Notes: generated from the letters alone by a model not told the origin. A stretch of DNA of 64,000 bases from an uncultured Pelagibacteraceae bacterium (GCA_902521355.1 CABYRT010000001.1:57800-121799); one strand, 5' to 3'. Counted from the stretch's first letter, positions 1 to 13,502 are shown. Numbers and translations are program-made.

Positions 1-511
1 TTTTAGAATTATTTTTCATGTTATCATAAAGTTTCTGTAAATCACTTAAAACTGTATTGTAACTATGTCCTCCATCTAAAAATACGAAATCAATTTCACT
101 TAAAGGAACTTTTTCTAAAGTCACCCTTGTGTCTCCTTCTACAAGCTCAATATTTTGTGAAAATTTCTTTAAAAAATTTTGAACAGATATCTTTGAATTT
201 AAATTTTCTTTTTTTATGAAATTATAATAGATAGTTTTAAGTGGATTCGAAAACTTTTGATTTTCAAGAAATTTCGGTTCGATCTCATCTACACTTGATG
301 TTTTAGTAGATCCAAATAAATCTAATCCGTAATATCTGAAATCACTACCAAAATTTGTCTTTAATAATTCACATATATTTCTTGATGTAACACCACAAAA
401 AACACCAATTTCTAATACATTTTTTGGCTTATATTCCTCAACTAAACTCAAAAAATTATCCCCATAAGGTTTTTTTAAACCTGATTTTCTCCAGTAATAA
501 TTATATTTCAT
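1..511 (-). CDS. Class I SAM-dependent methyltransferase (Methyltransf_24-like); partial, 3' end runs off the window
   Basis: Not in the ORF track. Manual translation from ATG at 511 gives MKYNYYWRKSG...VLEIGVFCGVTS...GLDLF...IELVEGDT...IDFVFLDGGHSY, i.e. EIGxxxG SAM motif I and a DFVFLDGxH motif. Confidence 0.8.
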   Translation of the reverse strand, partial: MKYNYYWRKSGLKKPYGDNFLSLVEEYKPKNVLEIGVFCGVTSRNICELLKTNFGSDFRYYGLDLFGSTKTSSVDEIEPKFLENQKFSNPLKTIYYNFIKKENLNSKISVQNFLKKFSQNIELVEGDTRVTLEKVPLSEIDFVFLDGGHSYNTVLSDLQKLYDNMKNNSK

Positions 512-562
512 TTGATCTATTTATATATTTTTAAGATATAAAAAAACTAAAATTAAATATTT

Positions 563-2518
563 ATGAAATATCCAGTTTTGTTGCCAAATATATTTGATTA
601 TCCTTTTACATATGAAAGTAATATTAAATTAAAAGCAGGAGATTATGTAAAAGTTCCATTTGGTAAGAAAAATATTATTGGAGTAATTTGGGATTTTTTT
701 GAAGAAAAGAATAATAAGGAATTTAAATTAAAATCTATAATTGAAAAAATTGAAATTGAACCACTAAGTAAAAAAACAATGAATTTTCTAAAGTGGTTTT
801 CTAATTACAATCTTGTACCCCTAGGAATGTGTTTAAAACTACATTTGATTAATGACGAAAATTTAAAAATAAAAAATGACAGCGATCTATTAAAATATGC
901 TCTATCAAGCGAAAAAGAAAGTTATCAACTTTCTGAAGAGCAAGATAAGGCCTATAAAGAGTTATCTAAAAACCATAGCAGTTTTAGAGTTCATTTACTT
1001 CAAGGTACAACCGGTTCAGGAAAAACAATAGTTTATTTTAAAGCTATTGAAAAAATTATAAATATAGGATTGCAATCTTTAATTTTATTACCAGAAATAG
1101 GACTAACAAATGAATTTGAAAAAAAATTTAAGTCTTATTTTGGATTTGAAGCTGCAGTTTGGCATTCAAAAGTCAGCCCAAAAAAAAGAAAAATTATATG
1201 GAATGGATTATCAGCAGGAAAAATTAAAGTAGTAATCGGAGCAAGATCATCCTTATTTCTGCCATTCAAAAAATTAGGTTTGATAACTGTGGATGAAGAG
1301 CACGATCAATCTTATAAACAAGATGAAGGAATTATCTATAACGCTAGAGATATGGCAATATCAAGAGCTAAACACGAAAATATTCCAATAAATTTAGTAA
1401 CTGCAGTTCCATCAATCGAAACATATGAAAATATTAAAATTAAAAAGTATAATTACTCAAGATTGCTTAATCGATATAAAGGTGCAAATTTACCCAAACA
1501 CCATGTTATCGATCTTTATCAAAATCAACTAGCGACCAAAAGTTCTATATCTCTTAAAACTCTTGAAAAAGTAAAAGAACATTTAAATAAAAAAGATCAA
1601 GTTCTCTTTTTCATAAATAGAAGAGGTTTTGCACCCTATGTTTTATGTAAAAAATGTTTAAATGTTTTTACATGCCCAAGGTGTTCTATAAATTTAGTAT
1701 TTCACAAAAATAAAAAAATTCTTTTGTGTCATTACTGTGGATATAATTCAAAATTAAATAGAGATTGTAAAAAAGGAAATGTTTGTGAATTTGTATTTAG
1801 TGGACCTGGTGTAGAAAAAATTGCAGAGGAAGTTAAAAACCTCTTTCCTAATAAAAAAACAATAATTTTTTCTAGCGACACAATGAATAAAGCATCTGGC
1901 AAAGATAAATTGAATAAAATTATATCTGGTGAAATAGATATTCTTGTAGGCACTCAATTAATATCAAAAGGATTTCACTTTCCAAAATTGAATTGTATTG
2001 TTGTATTAGACATTGATTTAACTTCTCAAGGACACGATCTTAGGAGCACTGAAAAAAATTTACAACTTTACCATCAGTTATCGGGAAGAGCAGGTAGAAC
2101 TGGAAAACCAGCTAATATTTATTTCCAAACATACAACTTAAAACCAGAAGTTATAAATCAAATTACAAATGAAGATCCTTTTAAATTTTTAGAAAATGAA
2201 TTAAATTTAAGAAAGATGAATAACTTACCACCCTACGAAAGATTTATTGCTTTAATTTTATCTTCATCAAATGAAAAAAAACTTGATATAGATGCTTTAA
2301 AACTTAAAAATGTTTTATCAAAATCTATAGATGCAAAAATTTTAGGACCAGTAAACGCTCCAATATATAGAATTAATCAAAAATTCAGAAATAGACTATT
2401 AATAAGGGCAAAAAAAACATCTAGTGTTCAGAAAAAATTGAAAGATGTATTGAAAGATTTTCAACTCTCCAAAGGAATGAAACTTTCAGTTGATGTTGAC
2501 CCTATCAGCTTCAATTAG
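563..2518 (+). CDS. priA: Primosomal protein N' (replication restart helicase)
   Basis: GTTGSGKT Walker A, DEEH, Cys clusters, GTQLISKG, QLSGRAGR, C-terminal DVDP. Confidence 0.97.
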   Translation: MKYPVLLPNIFDYPFTYESNIKLKAGDYVKVPFGKKNIIGVIWDFFEEKNNKEFKLKSIIEKIEIEPLSKKTMNFLKWFSNYNLVPLGMCLKLHLINDENLKIKNDSDLLKYALSSEKESYQLSEEQDKAYKELSKNHSSFRVHLLQGTTGSGKTIVYFKAIEKIINIGLQSLILLPEIGLTNEFEKKFKSYFGFEAAVWHSKVSPKKRKIIWNGLSAGKIKVVIGARSSLFLPFKKLGLITVDEEHDQSYKQDEGIIYNARDMAISRAKHENIPINLVTAVPSIETYENIKIKKYNYSRLLNRYKGANLPKHHVIDLYQNQLATKSSISLKTLEKVKEHLNKKDQVLFFINRRGFAPYVLCKKCLNVFTCPRCSINLVFHKNKKILLCHYCGYNSKLNRDCKKGNVCEFVFSGPGVEKIAEEVKNLFPNKKTIIFSSDTMNKASGKDKLNKIISGEIDILVGTQLISKGFHFPKLNCIVVLDIDLTSQGHDLRSTEKNLQLYHQLSGRAGRTGKPANIYFQTYNLKPEVINQITNEDPFKFLENELNLRKMNNLPPYERFIALILSSSNEKKLDIDALKLKNVLSKSIDAKILGPVNAPIYRINQKFRNRLLIRAKKTSSVQKKLKDVLKDFQLSKGMKLSVDVDPISFN

Positions 2519-2553
2519 CCCATTAAATCTTACCATTTTTCACAATCTGAGCC

Positions 2554-2582
2554 TTGAAGACTGATAATTCGTATGTTATCTA
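2554..2582 (+). promoter_or_regulatory. Putative sigma70 promoter of the atp operon
   Basis: TTGAAG-N17-TATCTA upstream of atpH. Confidence 0.4.
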
Positions 2583-2620
2583 AGCGAAATTTTAAACATC
2601 TTCACAATTGAGAGTATAAA

Positions 2621-3175
2621 TTGAGCGAAAATAAAATATCAATAACTTCTAACAACAGTTATGCTCAAGCATTGTTTGAGCTGGCTAGCGAAGATAAATC
2701 TCTATCAAAAGTAGAGGAACAAGCCGTTGCAATAAGTAGACTCATAAATGAAAGTGAAGAATTTAGATATTTAATCAAAAACCCCACGACAAGCATTGAG
2801 GATTTAACTAGAGTTATTGAAACAATTTCTGAAAAAAATAATTTTGACAATCTTTTAAAAAGATTTCTAGTTTTTTTAATTCAAAAAAGAAGATTTTTTT
2901 ATTTAGAAAAAATTTTAAGTGATTTTATAGAGGTATGTTCTAAAGCTAGAGGTGAAATAAAAGCAGAGCTTTTTTCAGCTAAAGAACTTAATGAAACAGA
3001 TATTTCTAAAATTAAAGAAGAGCTATCTCAAAACTTTGGAGCGAAGATACAGTTAAATTATAAATTTGACCCAAGTTTAATTGGTGGCTTGGTATTAAAA
3101 GTGGGAAGTACAATGGTAGATAATTCTATTAAAAATAAACTGCAACAAATTCAAAAACAAATGATAGAGGCATAA
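2621..3175 (+). CDS. atpH: F1 ATP synthase delta subunit (TTG start)
   Basis: YAQALFELA, DPSLIGG...VDNSIK; first gene of the F1 operon. Confidence 0.95.
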   Translation: MSENKISITSNNSYAQALFELASEDKSLSKVEEQAVAISRLINESEEFRYLIKNPTTSIEDLTRVIETISEKNNFDNLLKRFLVFLIQKRRFFYLEKILSDFIEVCSKARGEIKAELFSAKELNETDISKIKEELSQNFGAKIQLNYKFDPSLIGGLVLKVGSTMVDNSIKNKLQQIQKQMIEA

Positions 3176-4696
3176 ATGGAAATAAATCCTTCAGAAGTAA
3201 CAAAAATATTAAAAGAACAGATAAAAAAACTTGGCGATAGAGCTGAAGTTTCAGAGGTCGGACAAGTATTGTCTGTTGGAGATGGAATTGCAAGAATTTA
3301 TGGTTTGGATAATGTTCAAGCAGGAGAAATGGTTGAGTTTTCTGATGGCTCTAAAGGAATGGCATTAAACTTAGAGAGTGACAACGTTGGTGTTGTTATA
3401 TTTGGCGATGATAGAGAAATTAAAGAGGGCGATACTGTAAAAAGAACTGGTGCGATTGTTGATGTACCAGTTGGAAAACAACTTTTAGGAAGAGTTGTTG
3501 ATGGATTAGGAAATCCAATTGATGGAAAAGGAGCTTTAGATAAAAGTTTAGAAAGAAAAAGAGTTGAAGTTAAAGCTCCTGGTATTATTCCACGACAATC
3601 AGTTGGTGAACCAATGCAAACAGGTTTAAAAGCAATTGATAGTTTAATTCCTGTTGGAAGAGGACAAAGAGAACTTATAATTGGTGATCGTCAAACAGGC
3701 AAAACTGCAGTTGCTATCGATACAATTATCAATCAAAAGAAAATTAATGAGTCAGACGATGAAAGTAAAAAACTTTATTGTATATATGTTGCAATTGGAC
3801 AAAAAAGATCAACGGTTGCTCAGATTGTAAAAACTTTAGAGGATGCTGGTGCAATGGAATATACGACTATAGTTTCCGCAACAGCCTCAGACTCTGCACC
3901 TCTTCAGTTTTTAGCTCCTTACACAGGATGTACTATGGGAGAATATTTTAGAGATAATGGAATGCATGCTTTAATTATTTACGATGATTTATCTAAGCAA
4001 GCAGTTGCATATAGACAAATGTCATTATTATTAAGAAGACCACCGGGGCGTGAAGCATACCCTGGGGATGTGTTCTATTTACATAGTAGATTATTAGAGA
4101 GAGCCGCTAAATTAAGTGATGAAAATGGCGGAGGTTCTTTAACTGCGCTACCAATTATTGAAACACAAGCAGGTGATGTTTCTGCATATATTCCAACAAA
4201 TGTAATATCTATTACAGATGGGCAAATATTTTTAGAAACTGAACTATTCAATCAAGGAATAAGACCAGCAGTAAACGTTGGATTATCCGTATCTAGAGTA
4301 GGATCAGCTGCACAAACTAAAGCTATGAAATCTGTAGCTGGATCAATTAAATTAGAGTTAGCTCAATACAGAGAAATGGCAGCTTTTGCTCAATTTGGAT
4401 CTGATTTAGATGCATCTACTCAAAAACTTTTAAATAGAGGTTCGAAGTTAACTGAACTTTTAAAACAAGGACAATATTCTCCCATGACAGTTGCAGAACA
4501 AGTTATATCAATTTTCTGTGGTGTAAAAGGTTATTTGGATGATATTGAACTTAAAGATGTAGCCGACTTTGAAAATAAAGTTCTACAAAAGTGTAAATCT
4601 GATAAGCCTGAGATTATGGAGTCTATTGCCAAAACTGGGAAGATTGAGGAAGACATTGAAAAACAATTAGTAGAATTAATTAAAGGAATTAAATAA
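3176..4696 (+). CDS. atpA: F1 ATP synthase alpha subunit
   Basis: [32 protein letters not shown]. Confidence 0.99.
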   Translation: MEINPSEVTKILKEQIKKLGDRAEVSEVGQVLSVGDGIARIYGLDNVQAGEMVEFSDGSKGMALNLESDNVGVVIFGDDREIKEGDTVKRTGAIVDVPVGKQLLGRVVDGLGNPIDGKGALDKSLERKRVEVKAPGIIPRQSVGEPMQTGLKAIDSLIPVGRGQRELIIGDRQTGKTAVAIDTIINQKKINESDDESKKLYCIYVAIGQKRSTVAQIVKTLEDAGAMEYTTIVSATASDSAPLQFLAPYTGCTMGEYFRDNGMHALIIYDDLSKQAVAYRQMSLLLRRPPGREAYPGDVFYLHSRLLERAAKLSDENGGGSLTALPIIETQAGDVSAYIPTNVISITDGQIFLETELFNQGIRPAVNVGLSVSRVGSAAQTKAMKSVAGSIKLELAQYREMAAFAQFGSDLDASTQKLLNRGSKLTELLKQGQYSPMTVAEQVISIFCGVKGYLDDIELKDVADFENKVLQKCKSDKPEIMESIAKTGKIEEDIEKQLVELIKGIK

Positions 4697-4702
4697 TTAT
4701 AA

Positions 4703-7007
<2,305 letters not shown>

Positions 7008-7008
<1 letters not shown>

Positions 7009-7406
7009 TGAGTAATCATTTTAATATAGATATTGTTAATCCAGAACAATCTTTTCTTTCTAAAGATAATGTATTCGAGGTTGTAATACCTGCTGTAGAA
7101 GGAGAGATTGGTATTCTTAAAGACCATATTCCAATTATCTCTTTTTTAAAACCAGGTATAATTAGAGTATTCTCTGAATCTGAGGAACAAAGTTTCTATG
7201 TTGAAGATGGTATTGTCGAATTTAAAGACAATACATTATCTGTATTAACTAGTTCAATTTTTGATTTAAAAGATGCTGATAAAAATTTTGTATCTGAGTC
7301 GATAAGCAGTGCTGAAGCAGAATTATCAAAAGATAATATCGATGATCAAAAAAGATTTCTTTTAAATCACAAAGTCGAAGTTCTAAAATCTATAAGTATT
7401 AATTAA
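7008..7406 (+). CDS. atpC: F1 ATP synthase epsilon subunit
   Basis: IVNPE...GEIGILKDHIP; TAATG overlap with atpD. Confidence 0.95.
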
Positions 7407-7875
7407 CTACTTTTTCTAGTTCTTTTTGAATTTCTTGGTAAACATGAAGTTTAAAATCTACAACTTTAGTTGTTAAATCTTTAATATCTATCCATTTCCA
7501 ATCTAAAAATTCAGGATGTTTAGTTTTAATGTTAATTTCATTTTCCTTTCCATTAAACTTTACTATAAACCACTTTTGCTTTTGGCCTTTATATTTTCCT
7601 TTCCAAATAATTCCTAAGAGGCGATCAGGAAGATCGTAAGTTGTGTATTTGCTTATTTCTTTAATTAGCTCTACTGACTTTATGCTTGTTTCCTCTTTAA
7701 GTTCCCTCAACGCTGCATCAAAATAATTTTCACCTTCATCAATACCGCCTTGAGGCATCTGCCAAAAATCAGCAGGATTATCAATTCTTTTTGCAACAAA
7801 TATCTTATTTTCTTTATTTAAGACTGCGATACCAACACCATTTCTTAATGGAAGTTTTTGAAATTTTTCTTTCAT
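7399..7875 (-). CDS. rppH: RNA pyrophosphohydrolase (Nudix)
   Basis: WQMPQGGIDEGE...ALRELKEET Nudix box, GQKQKWF. Confidence 0.95.
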   Translation of the reverse strand: MKEKFQKLPLRNGVGIAVLNKENKIFVAKRIDNPADFWQMPQGGIDEGENYFDAALRELKEETSIKSVELIKEISKYTTYDLPDRLLGIIWKGKYKGQKQKWFIVKFNGKENEINIKTKHPEFLDWKWIDIKDLTTKVVDFKLHVYQEIQKELEKVVN

Positions 7876-7877
7876 TC

Positions 7878-9011
7878 TTAACCATTTAATAATTTAAGAG
7901 CAAATTCCAACTGGTTATCAGTATCTGTATTTATTCTAAATTCATCTGAACCTTCAGCAATAACTATATCTGGATTTACACCTACTCTTGAAATTGATTT
8001 ACCTGATGGGAGATAATATTTAGAAACAGTAAGTCTTATGGCACCTTCATTTTCTAAAGGAATAATTGACTGAACTGACCCTTTTCCATATGTACTCTCT
8101 CCTACTAATATTGCTCTTTTGTGATCTTGTAGTGCTCCTGCAACAATTTCAGATGCTGATGCAGACCCATAATTAATCAAAATAACCATCGTTTCTCCAT
8201 CAATAATGTCTCCTTTTTTTGCAAACCATTTTCTATTTTCATACTTCCTTTTACTTTTTGTAGAAACTATTTCTCCATTTTCTAAAAAATAATCTGAAAT
8301 TTTTATTGCTTGAGATAACAATCCACCAGGATTATTTCTTAAATCTAATATGTAATTTTTAATTTTCTTATTTTTCTTAAATTCTTTGATTTTATTTTTT
8401 ATTTGTTTACTACTATTCTCATTGAATGATGTTAATCTTATATAAGCTGTTTGATTATCTTTAATTTCTGACTTTACAGATGCAACTTGTATAATCTCTC
8501 TTGTAATTGTAAATATAAGTGCCTTTCTTTCTCCCCTTCTTCTAACAGTAATCTCTATATCGGATCCAACTGGGCCTCTCATTAATTCTACAGCTTCAGA
8601 AAGAGTTTTTCCTTGAACTTGAACATCATCAATTTTAACGATGTAATCTCCGGCTTTGACACCAACCTCCTCAGCTGGCGAGTTATCAATTGGAGAAATT
8701 ACTTTTACGACACCAGCCTCCATACTGACTTCAATGCCCAATCCTCCAAATTCTCCGCTAGTCTCAGTTTGCATATTTTTAAACGAGTCCGGAGACATAT
8801 ATGCTGAATAAGGATCCAAAGATTGCAAAACGCCGTTTATAGCAGCATCCATTGCTTCACTCTGGTTTACTTCATCAACATATTCTTTATTAATTTTATC
8901 TAAGACTTCGCTAAATAAATCAATTTTTTTGTAAATATCGTTTTCATTACTCAAAATTGGATTTGTAAATATGAAAAAAAATAATGAAGCTATAAAGTAT
9001 ACTTTTTTCAT
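7878..9011 (-). CDS. ctpA: Carboxy-terminal processing protease (S41) with PDZ domain
   Basis: Signal peptide, GLGI, DLRNNPGG, SASASEI, GKGSVQ. Confidence 0.95.
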   Translation of the reverse strand: MKKVYFIASLFFFIFTNPILSNENDIYKKIDLFSEVLDKINKEYVDEVNQSEAMDAAINGVLQSLDPYSAYMSPDSFKNMQTETSGEFGGLGIEVSMEAGVVKVISPIDNSPAEEVGVKAGDYIVKIDDVQVQGKTLSEAVELMRGPVGSDIEITVRRRGERKALIFTITREIIQVASVKSEIKDNQTAYIRLTSFNENSSKQIKNKIKEFKKNKKIKNYILDLRNNPGGLLSQAIKISDYFLENGEIVSTKSKRKYENRKWFAKKGDIIDGETMVILINYGSASASEIVAGALQDHKRAILVGESTYGKGSVQSIIPLENEGAIRLTVSKYYLPSGKSISRVGVNPDIVIAEGSDEFRINTDTDNQLEFALKLLNG

Positions 9012-9358
9012 ATGATCAGTTTTTCTTTAGGAATTAATTCTGACCACATTTTTTCTAATTCGTAAAATTTTCTTTTTTCAGGATTAAAAATATGAACTAT
9101 TAAGTCTATTCCATCTACAAGCTTCCAATCATTGCTATCTTTTCCCTCAATTTTACAATTATTCACACCATTAATTTTTAATTTTTCAAAAACTTGTTCA
9201 GATAAAGCTTGAATATGTCTTGATGATGTACCACTAGCTATAATCATGAAGTCCGCAACTGATGACTTTCCTTCGAGATCTATTGAAACTATGTCCAAGG
9301 CTTTATTAATATCAAGCGTTTTGATTATTTCATCTTTAAGAGCTGATATTTTTTCCAT
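9008..9358 (-). CDS. rsfS: Ribosome silencing factor (Iojap)
   Basis: ADFMIIASGTSSRH, WKLVD..DLIVHIF, FYELEKMW. Confidence 0.95.
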   Translation of the reverse strand: MEKISALKDEIIKTLDINKALDIVSIDLEGKSSVADFMIIASGTSSRHIQALSEQVFEKLKINGVNNCKIEGKDSNDWKLVDGIDLIVHIFNPEKRKFYELEKMWSELIPKEKLII

Positions 9359-9375
9359 TAATTAAATTAAGAGTA

Positions 9376-9918
9376 TCAAATTTTTCTTAATTGAGAAGAT
9401 GAAATATTGACTTTATTAAACTTTATAAATTCAACTGCTTTTTTATTATATTTCTTAAATGATTTAGATCTAAAAGCCTTTGATTTGTATCCATTTCGAT
9501 CAAATACCAATATTTTGCACATTTTAGTTATTGAATTGTACCCTTTCCATTTATGAAAATTTATTAGGTTATCAGCCCCCATTAAAAAAAATATTTCTGA
9601 ATGTTTAAATTTTTTTTTTAAATATTTAATTAAATCTACTGTACGATTAGATTTTATTATTTCTTCAAAACATTTAACTTTTATAAATTTATTATTTTTA
9701 TTAATTTTTTTTGCATAAGCTGTTCTTTTATATAGGTCATTTGGATTATTTTTTTTAAATGGATTTTGTTTTGTTATAGCCCATATAACTTGGCTCAAAT
9801 TATAATTTTTTTTTGCTAATTTAGAAATTCTTACATGACCAACATGTGCTGGATCAAACGATCCACCGAGTATACCAATCTTTTTATTTTCTAATTTGCC
9901 CTGAACCATAAACTTCAT
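9376..9918 (-). CDS. nadD: Nicotinate-nucleotide adenylyltransferase (start may be 9909)
   Basis: GGSFDPAHVGH, MGADN, ISSSQLR. Confidence 0.93.
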   Translation of the reverse strand: MKFMVQGKLENKKIGILGGSFDPAHVGHVRISKLAKKNYNLSQVIWAITKQNPFKKNNPNDLYKRTAYAKKINKNNKFIKVKCFEEIIKSNRTVDLIKYLKKKFKHSEIFFLMGADNLINFHKWKGYNSITKMCKILVFDRNGYKSKAFRSKSFKKYNKKAVEFIKFNKVNISSSQLRKI

Positions 9919-11131
9919 ATTTATAACTTACTAACTGATTTAGACCGACAGGACCTCTTGGTGGCAATGTGTTTGTTGAAATTCCAACTTCTCCACCAAA
10001 ACCAAATTCTCCTCCGTCAGCAAATTGTGTTGATGAATTTTGAATAGCAATAGAGCTTTTTACATTCTTAATAAAGAATTTTGCTGTATTTTTGTTTTTG
10101 GTTACTATTGCATCTGTATGCATAGTTCCATATTTGTTGATATGGGCAACTGCTTCTTCGACATTATTCACTAATTTAACTGAAATAATCGGTGAAAGAT
10201 GTTCTTTTGACCAAGTATTATTATTTGCAGGATATGTTTTGCCTTTAAATAATTTACTTATTTTTTTATCAGCTAAAATTTTACAACCGCTTTTAGCTAG
10301 TGAATTTAAAATTAAATTCACTGATTTCGATTTACTTTTATGTATTAAAAGAGTTTCAGTTGCACCACATATACTAGTATTTCTCAACTTAGCATTTAAT
10401 ACTATTTTGTTTGCCATATTATCTTCTGCCTCTTTATCAATATATGTATGACAAATTCCTTCTAAATGACCAATAACTGGAACCTTTGAAAGTTGTTTAA
10501 CTTTTTTTACTAGATTTTTTCCACCTCGTGGTATTACAACATCAATGGAGTTTTCCATTTTTGACAATAAATAATCGACGAGTTTTCTGCTCTTGTTATT
10601 TATAAACTGGACATAATTTTCGTTTACTTTATTTTTTTTTAGAGCTTTCCTAAATAAATTTACTAAAATTTTATTACTATTGTAGGCTTCGGAACCACCT
10701 CTTAATATAACAGCATTTCCAGATTTAAAACATAGTGCTGATACATCCGAAGTAACATTGGGTCTACTTTCAAATATTACACCTATAACTCCTATTGGTA
10801 TTGTAACTCTTCTAATTTCAAGTCCATTTGGCCTTTTCCATTTGGAAGTTACTTGATCTATAGGATCTTTAAAAGAAGTAATAGTTTTAATAGAGTCAAT
10901 TATACTTTTTAATTTATTATTACTAAGAGTGAGTCTTTGAATTAAGTTTTCTTTTATTTTTTTTCCTCTTGCATAAAAAATATCTTTCTTATTTTCGCTA
11001 ATAATTTTATTCTTATTAATCTCAATTAATTTTACAAAATCTTTTAAAACTTTATTCTTTTTTTTTGGACTAATACTTGAATTCAAAGCTTTTCTAGAAT
11101 TCAATCCAATTTTTTTAAGTAGTTTACTCAT
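9884..11131 (-). CDS. proA: Gamma-glutamyl phosphate reductase
   Basis: ESRPNVT, SICGATET, FADGGEFGFGGEVGIST. Confidence 0.97.
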   Translation of the reverse strand: MSKLLKKIGLNSRKALNSSISPKKKNKVLKDFVKLIEINKNKIISENKKDIFYARGKKIKENLIQRLTLSNNKLKSIIDSIKTITSFKDPIDQVTSKWKRPNGLEIRRVTIPIGVIGVIFESRPNVTSDVSALCFKSGNAVILRGGSEAYNSNKILVNLFRKALKKNKVNENYVQFINNKSRKLVDYLLSKMENSIDVVIPRGGKNLVKKVKQLSKVPVIGHLEGICHTYIDKEAEDNMANKIVLNAKLRNTSICGATETLLIHKSKSKSVNLILNSLAKSGCKILADKKISKLFKGKTYPANNNTWSKEHLSPIISVKLVNNVEEAVAHINKYGTMHTDAIVTKNKNTAKFFIKNVKSSIAIQNSSTQFADGGEFGFGGEVGISTNTLPPRGPVGLNQLVSYKYEVYGSGQIRK

Positions 11132-12237
11132 TAAATTTTAACCATATCATCTTTATGTATAACTTCAGACTTTGTAACATAACCTAAAAGATTACTAATT
11201 TTGTTAGAATGTTCTCCTTTTATTTTGGATATCTCATCAGATGTAAAACTGCTCAACCCTCTAGCAAATTCTTTGTTATTTTTATCTAAAATTCTAACAT
11301 GATCACCTTTAACAAATTTTCCTGAAACTTTTCTAATACCTGCAGCTAATAAACTTTTTCCATTTTTTAAAGCATTTAAAGCACCATCATCTATAATAAT
11401 TTCTCCTTTTGGAGATATAGAGCTAATTATCCATTTTTTTCTTGCATCTAATTTAGATACTTTTGGCAAAAACCATGTCCCAGAATTATGTTCCAGTATA
11501 TTTTTAATTGGTCTTTTAATTAAACCATTTGCAATAGCCATATAGCAACCTGAGACTTGACATACTTTTGCAGCATCAATTTTCGTTTTCATTCCACCAG
11601 TACCATACTCACTTGTGCTTTTACTTGAAAAATTTTCAATTTTAGAATCAATATTTTTTATTTCTTTAATCAATTTAGCATTTTTATGAATTTTTGGATT
11701 TTTAGAATACAATCCATCAACATCAGATAGTAATATTAAGCAATCTGCACCTGATATTTGTGCAACTCTTGATGCTAATCTGTCATTATCTCCGTATTTA
11801 ATTTCAGAAGTTGCAATACTATCATTTTCATTAACAACAGGTACAAAATTAAGCTCAAATAAGTTTTCGAAAGTTCTTTTAGCATTTATAGCTCTTCTTC
11901 TTTGTTCAGTATCTTCTAAAGTAATTAGAATTTGAGAAATATTTATTTTATTTGAGCTAAATGTCTTTTTAAAAAGATTCATTAATTCTATTTGTCCAAT
12001 TGATGCAACAGCTTGGCTTTTATCAAGCTTTAAAGTTTTTTTATTTAATTGTAATTTTTTACACCCTAAAGCAATTGCTCCAGAACTCACTATAACAATG
12101 TTCTTTTTAAGTTTTTGTAACTCTTTAATATCTTTAGCAAATTCCAAAAGCCATTTTTCTCTAATAATTTTATTGTCATTTATTAATAAAGATGAACCTA
12201 TTTTTATTACTACAGTTTTGGAGTCCTTAAGATACAT
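11131..12237 (-). CDS. proB: Glutamate 5-kinase with PUA domain
   Basis: VIKIGSS, NENDS, GDNDRL, GTGGMKTK. Confidence 0.97.
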   Translation of the reverse strand: MYLKDSKTVVIKIGSSLLINDNKIIREKWLLEFAKDIKELQKLKKNIVIVSSGAIALGCKKLQLNKKTLKLDKSQAVASIGQIELMNLFKKTFSSNKINISQILITLEDTEQRRRAINAKRTFENLFELNFVPVVNENDSIATSEIKYGDNDRLASRVAQISGADCLILLSDVDGLYSKNPKIHKNAKLIKEIKNIDSKIENFSSKSTSEYGTGGMKTKIDAAKVCQVSGCYMAIANGLIKRPIKNILEHNSGTWFLPKVSKLDARKKWIISSISPKGEIIIDDGALNALKNGKSLLAAGIRKVSGKFVKGDHVRILDKNNKEFARGLSSFTSDEISKIKGEHSNKISNLLGYVTKSEVIHKDDMVKI

Positions 12238-13210
12238 AGTTTACCAACTTTGACTTTATATCTGATACTGATTTTTTATCCATTGTTGACATGAAAAAGA
12301 TATTTTTTTTTAATTTTTTCTTGAGTTTTTTTATCTTCTCTTTTTTTTCCTCTTCATCTATTAAGTCAGTTTTATTTAAAACTACTATTTCTTTTTTTTT
12401 AACTAAATCTTTACTGTATTTTGATAATTCTTTTCGGACTTGATTGTAAGAAATAAATAAATCATCTTCAGTTATATCTATTAAATGCAGCAAAGTTTTG
12501 CACCTTTCAATATGTTTTAAAAATTTTATCCCAAGACCAGTTCCGGTATGTGCGCCCTCAATTAAGCCTGGTATATCTGCTAAAGTAACTTCTTTGTCAT
12601 CATAACTAGCAACCCCAAGATTTGGATTAATTGTAGTAAATTTATAGTTTGCTATTTTTGGATTTGCACTCGTCATTGATGCAAGCAAGCTGGATTTCCC
12701 AGCATTGGGCAATCCTATGATACCGATATCAGCAATTGTTTTTAGTTGAAGCCAAATCCAAAATTCCTCTCCTTGACCCCCTTTTGTAAATTTCTTTGGA
12801 GCTCTATTGGTTGAGGACTTAAACCTTGTATTTCCAAATCCTCCTTTACCTCCACTTGCTACTAAAAATTCCTCTTTCTGACTTTTAAAATCATAAATAA
12901 GTGTTTTATTATCTTCTTCAAATACTTGTGTTCCCAAAGGTACTTTTAAATATAAATCTTCACCACCTTTGCCAGTTTTGTTTTTTCCGCTGCCATCCTT
13001 TCCTCTTTCAGCTTTGAAGTGTTGTTGATACCTGTAATCAATCAAAGTATTAAGATTTCTTTCACTAATAAGAATTACAGATCCTCCTTTCCCTCCATCG
13101 CCGCCATCAGGGCCACCAAATTCTACAAATTTTTCCCTACGAAAACTTGGAGATCCCGACCCTCCGTTGCCAGCTTTTACATATATCTTAACTTGATCTA
13201 GAAATTTCAT
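12227..13210 (-). CDS. obgE: GTPase ObgE/CgtA
   Basis: Gly-rich Obg domain, GLPNAGKS, DIPG, NKTD. Confidence 0.98.
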   Translation of the reverse strand: MKFLDQVKIYVKAGNGGSGSPSFRREKFVEFGGPDGGDGGKGGSVILISERNLNTLIDYRYQQHFKAERGKDGSGKNKTGKGGEDLYLKVPLGTQVFEEDNKTLIYDFKSQKEEFLVASGGKGGFGNTRFKSSTNRAPKKFTKGGQGEEFWIWLQLKTIADIGIIGLPNAGKSSLLASMTSANPKIANYKFTTINPNLGVASYDDKEVTLADIPGLIEGAHTGTGLGIKFLKHIERCKTLLHLIDITEDDLFISYNQVRKELSKYSKDLVKKKEIVVLNKTDLIDEEEKKEKIKKLKKKLKKNIFFMSTMDKKSVSDIKSKLVNYVS

Positions 13211-13237
13211 ATAACAACTATGTGAGTGTTGTATCTA

Positions 13238-13492
13238 TTAATTGGGCTTTACAGAAACGTAGGTTCTATCAGATTTTGATTTTTTAAACTCTACTTTACC
13301 TTTAACAACTGAAAATATCGAATGGTCTTTACCCATGCCAACATTTTCTCCAGGAAATATTTTAGTTCCTCTTTGTCTTACAATAATGTTACCAGGCACA
13401 ACCATCTCGCCACCATATTTTTTCACACCAAGTCTACGACCTGCACTATCTCTTCCGTTTCTTGACGATCCACCTGCTTTTTTCGTTGCCAT
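13238..13492 (-). CDS. rpmA: 50S ribosomal protein L27
   Basis: [21 protein letters not shown]. Confidence 0.99.
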   Translation of the reverse strand: MATKKAGGSSRNGRDSAGRRLGVKKYGGEMVVPGNIIVRQRGTKIFPGENVGMGKDHSIFSVVKGKVEFKKSKSDRTYVSVKPN

Positions 13493-13502
13493 AAATTACT
13501 TT

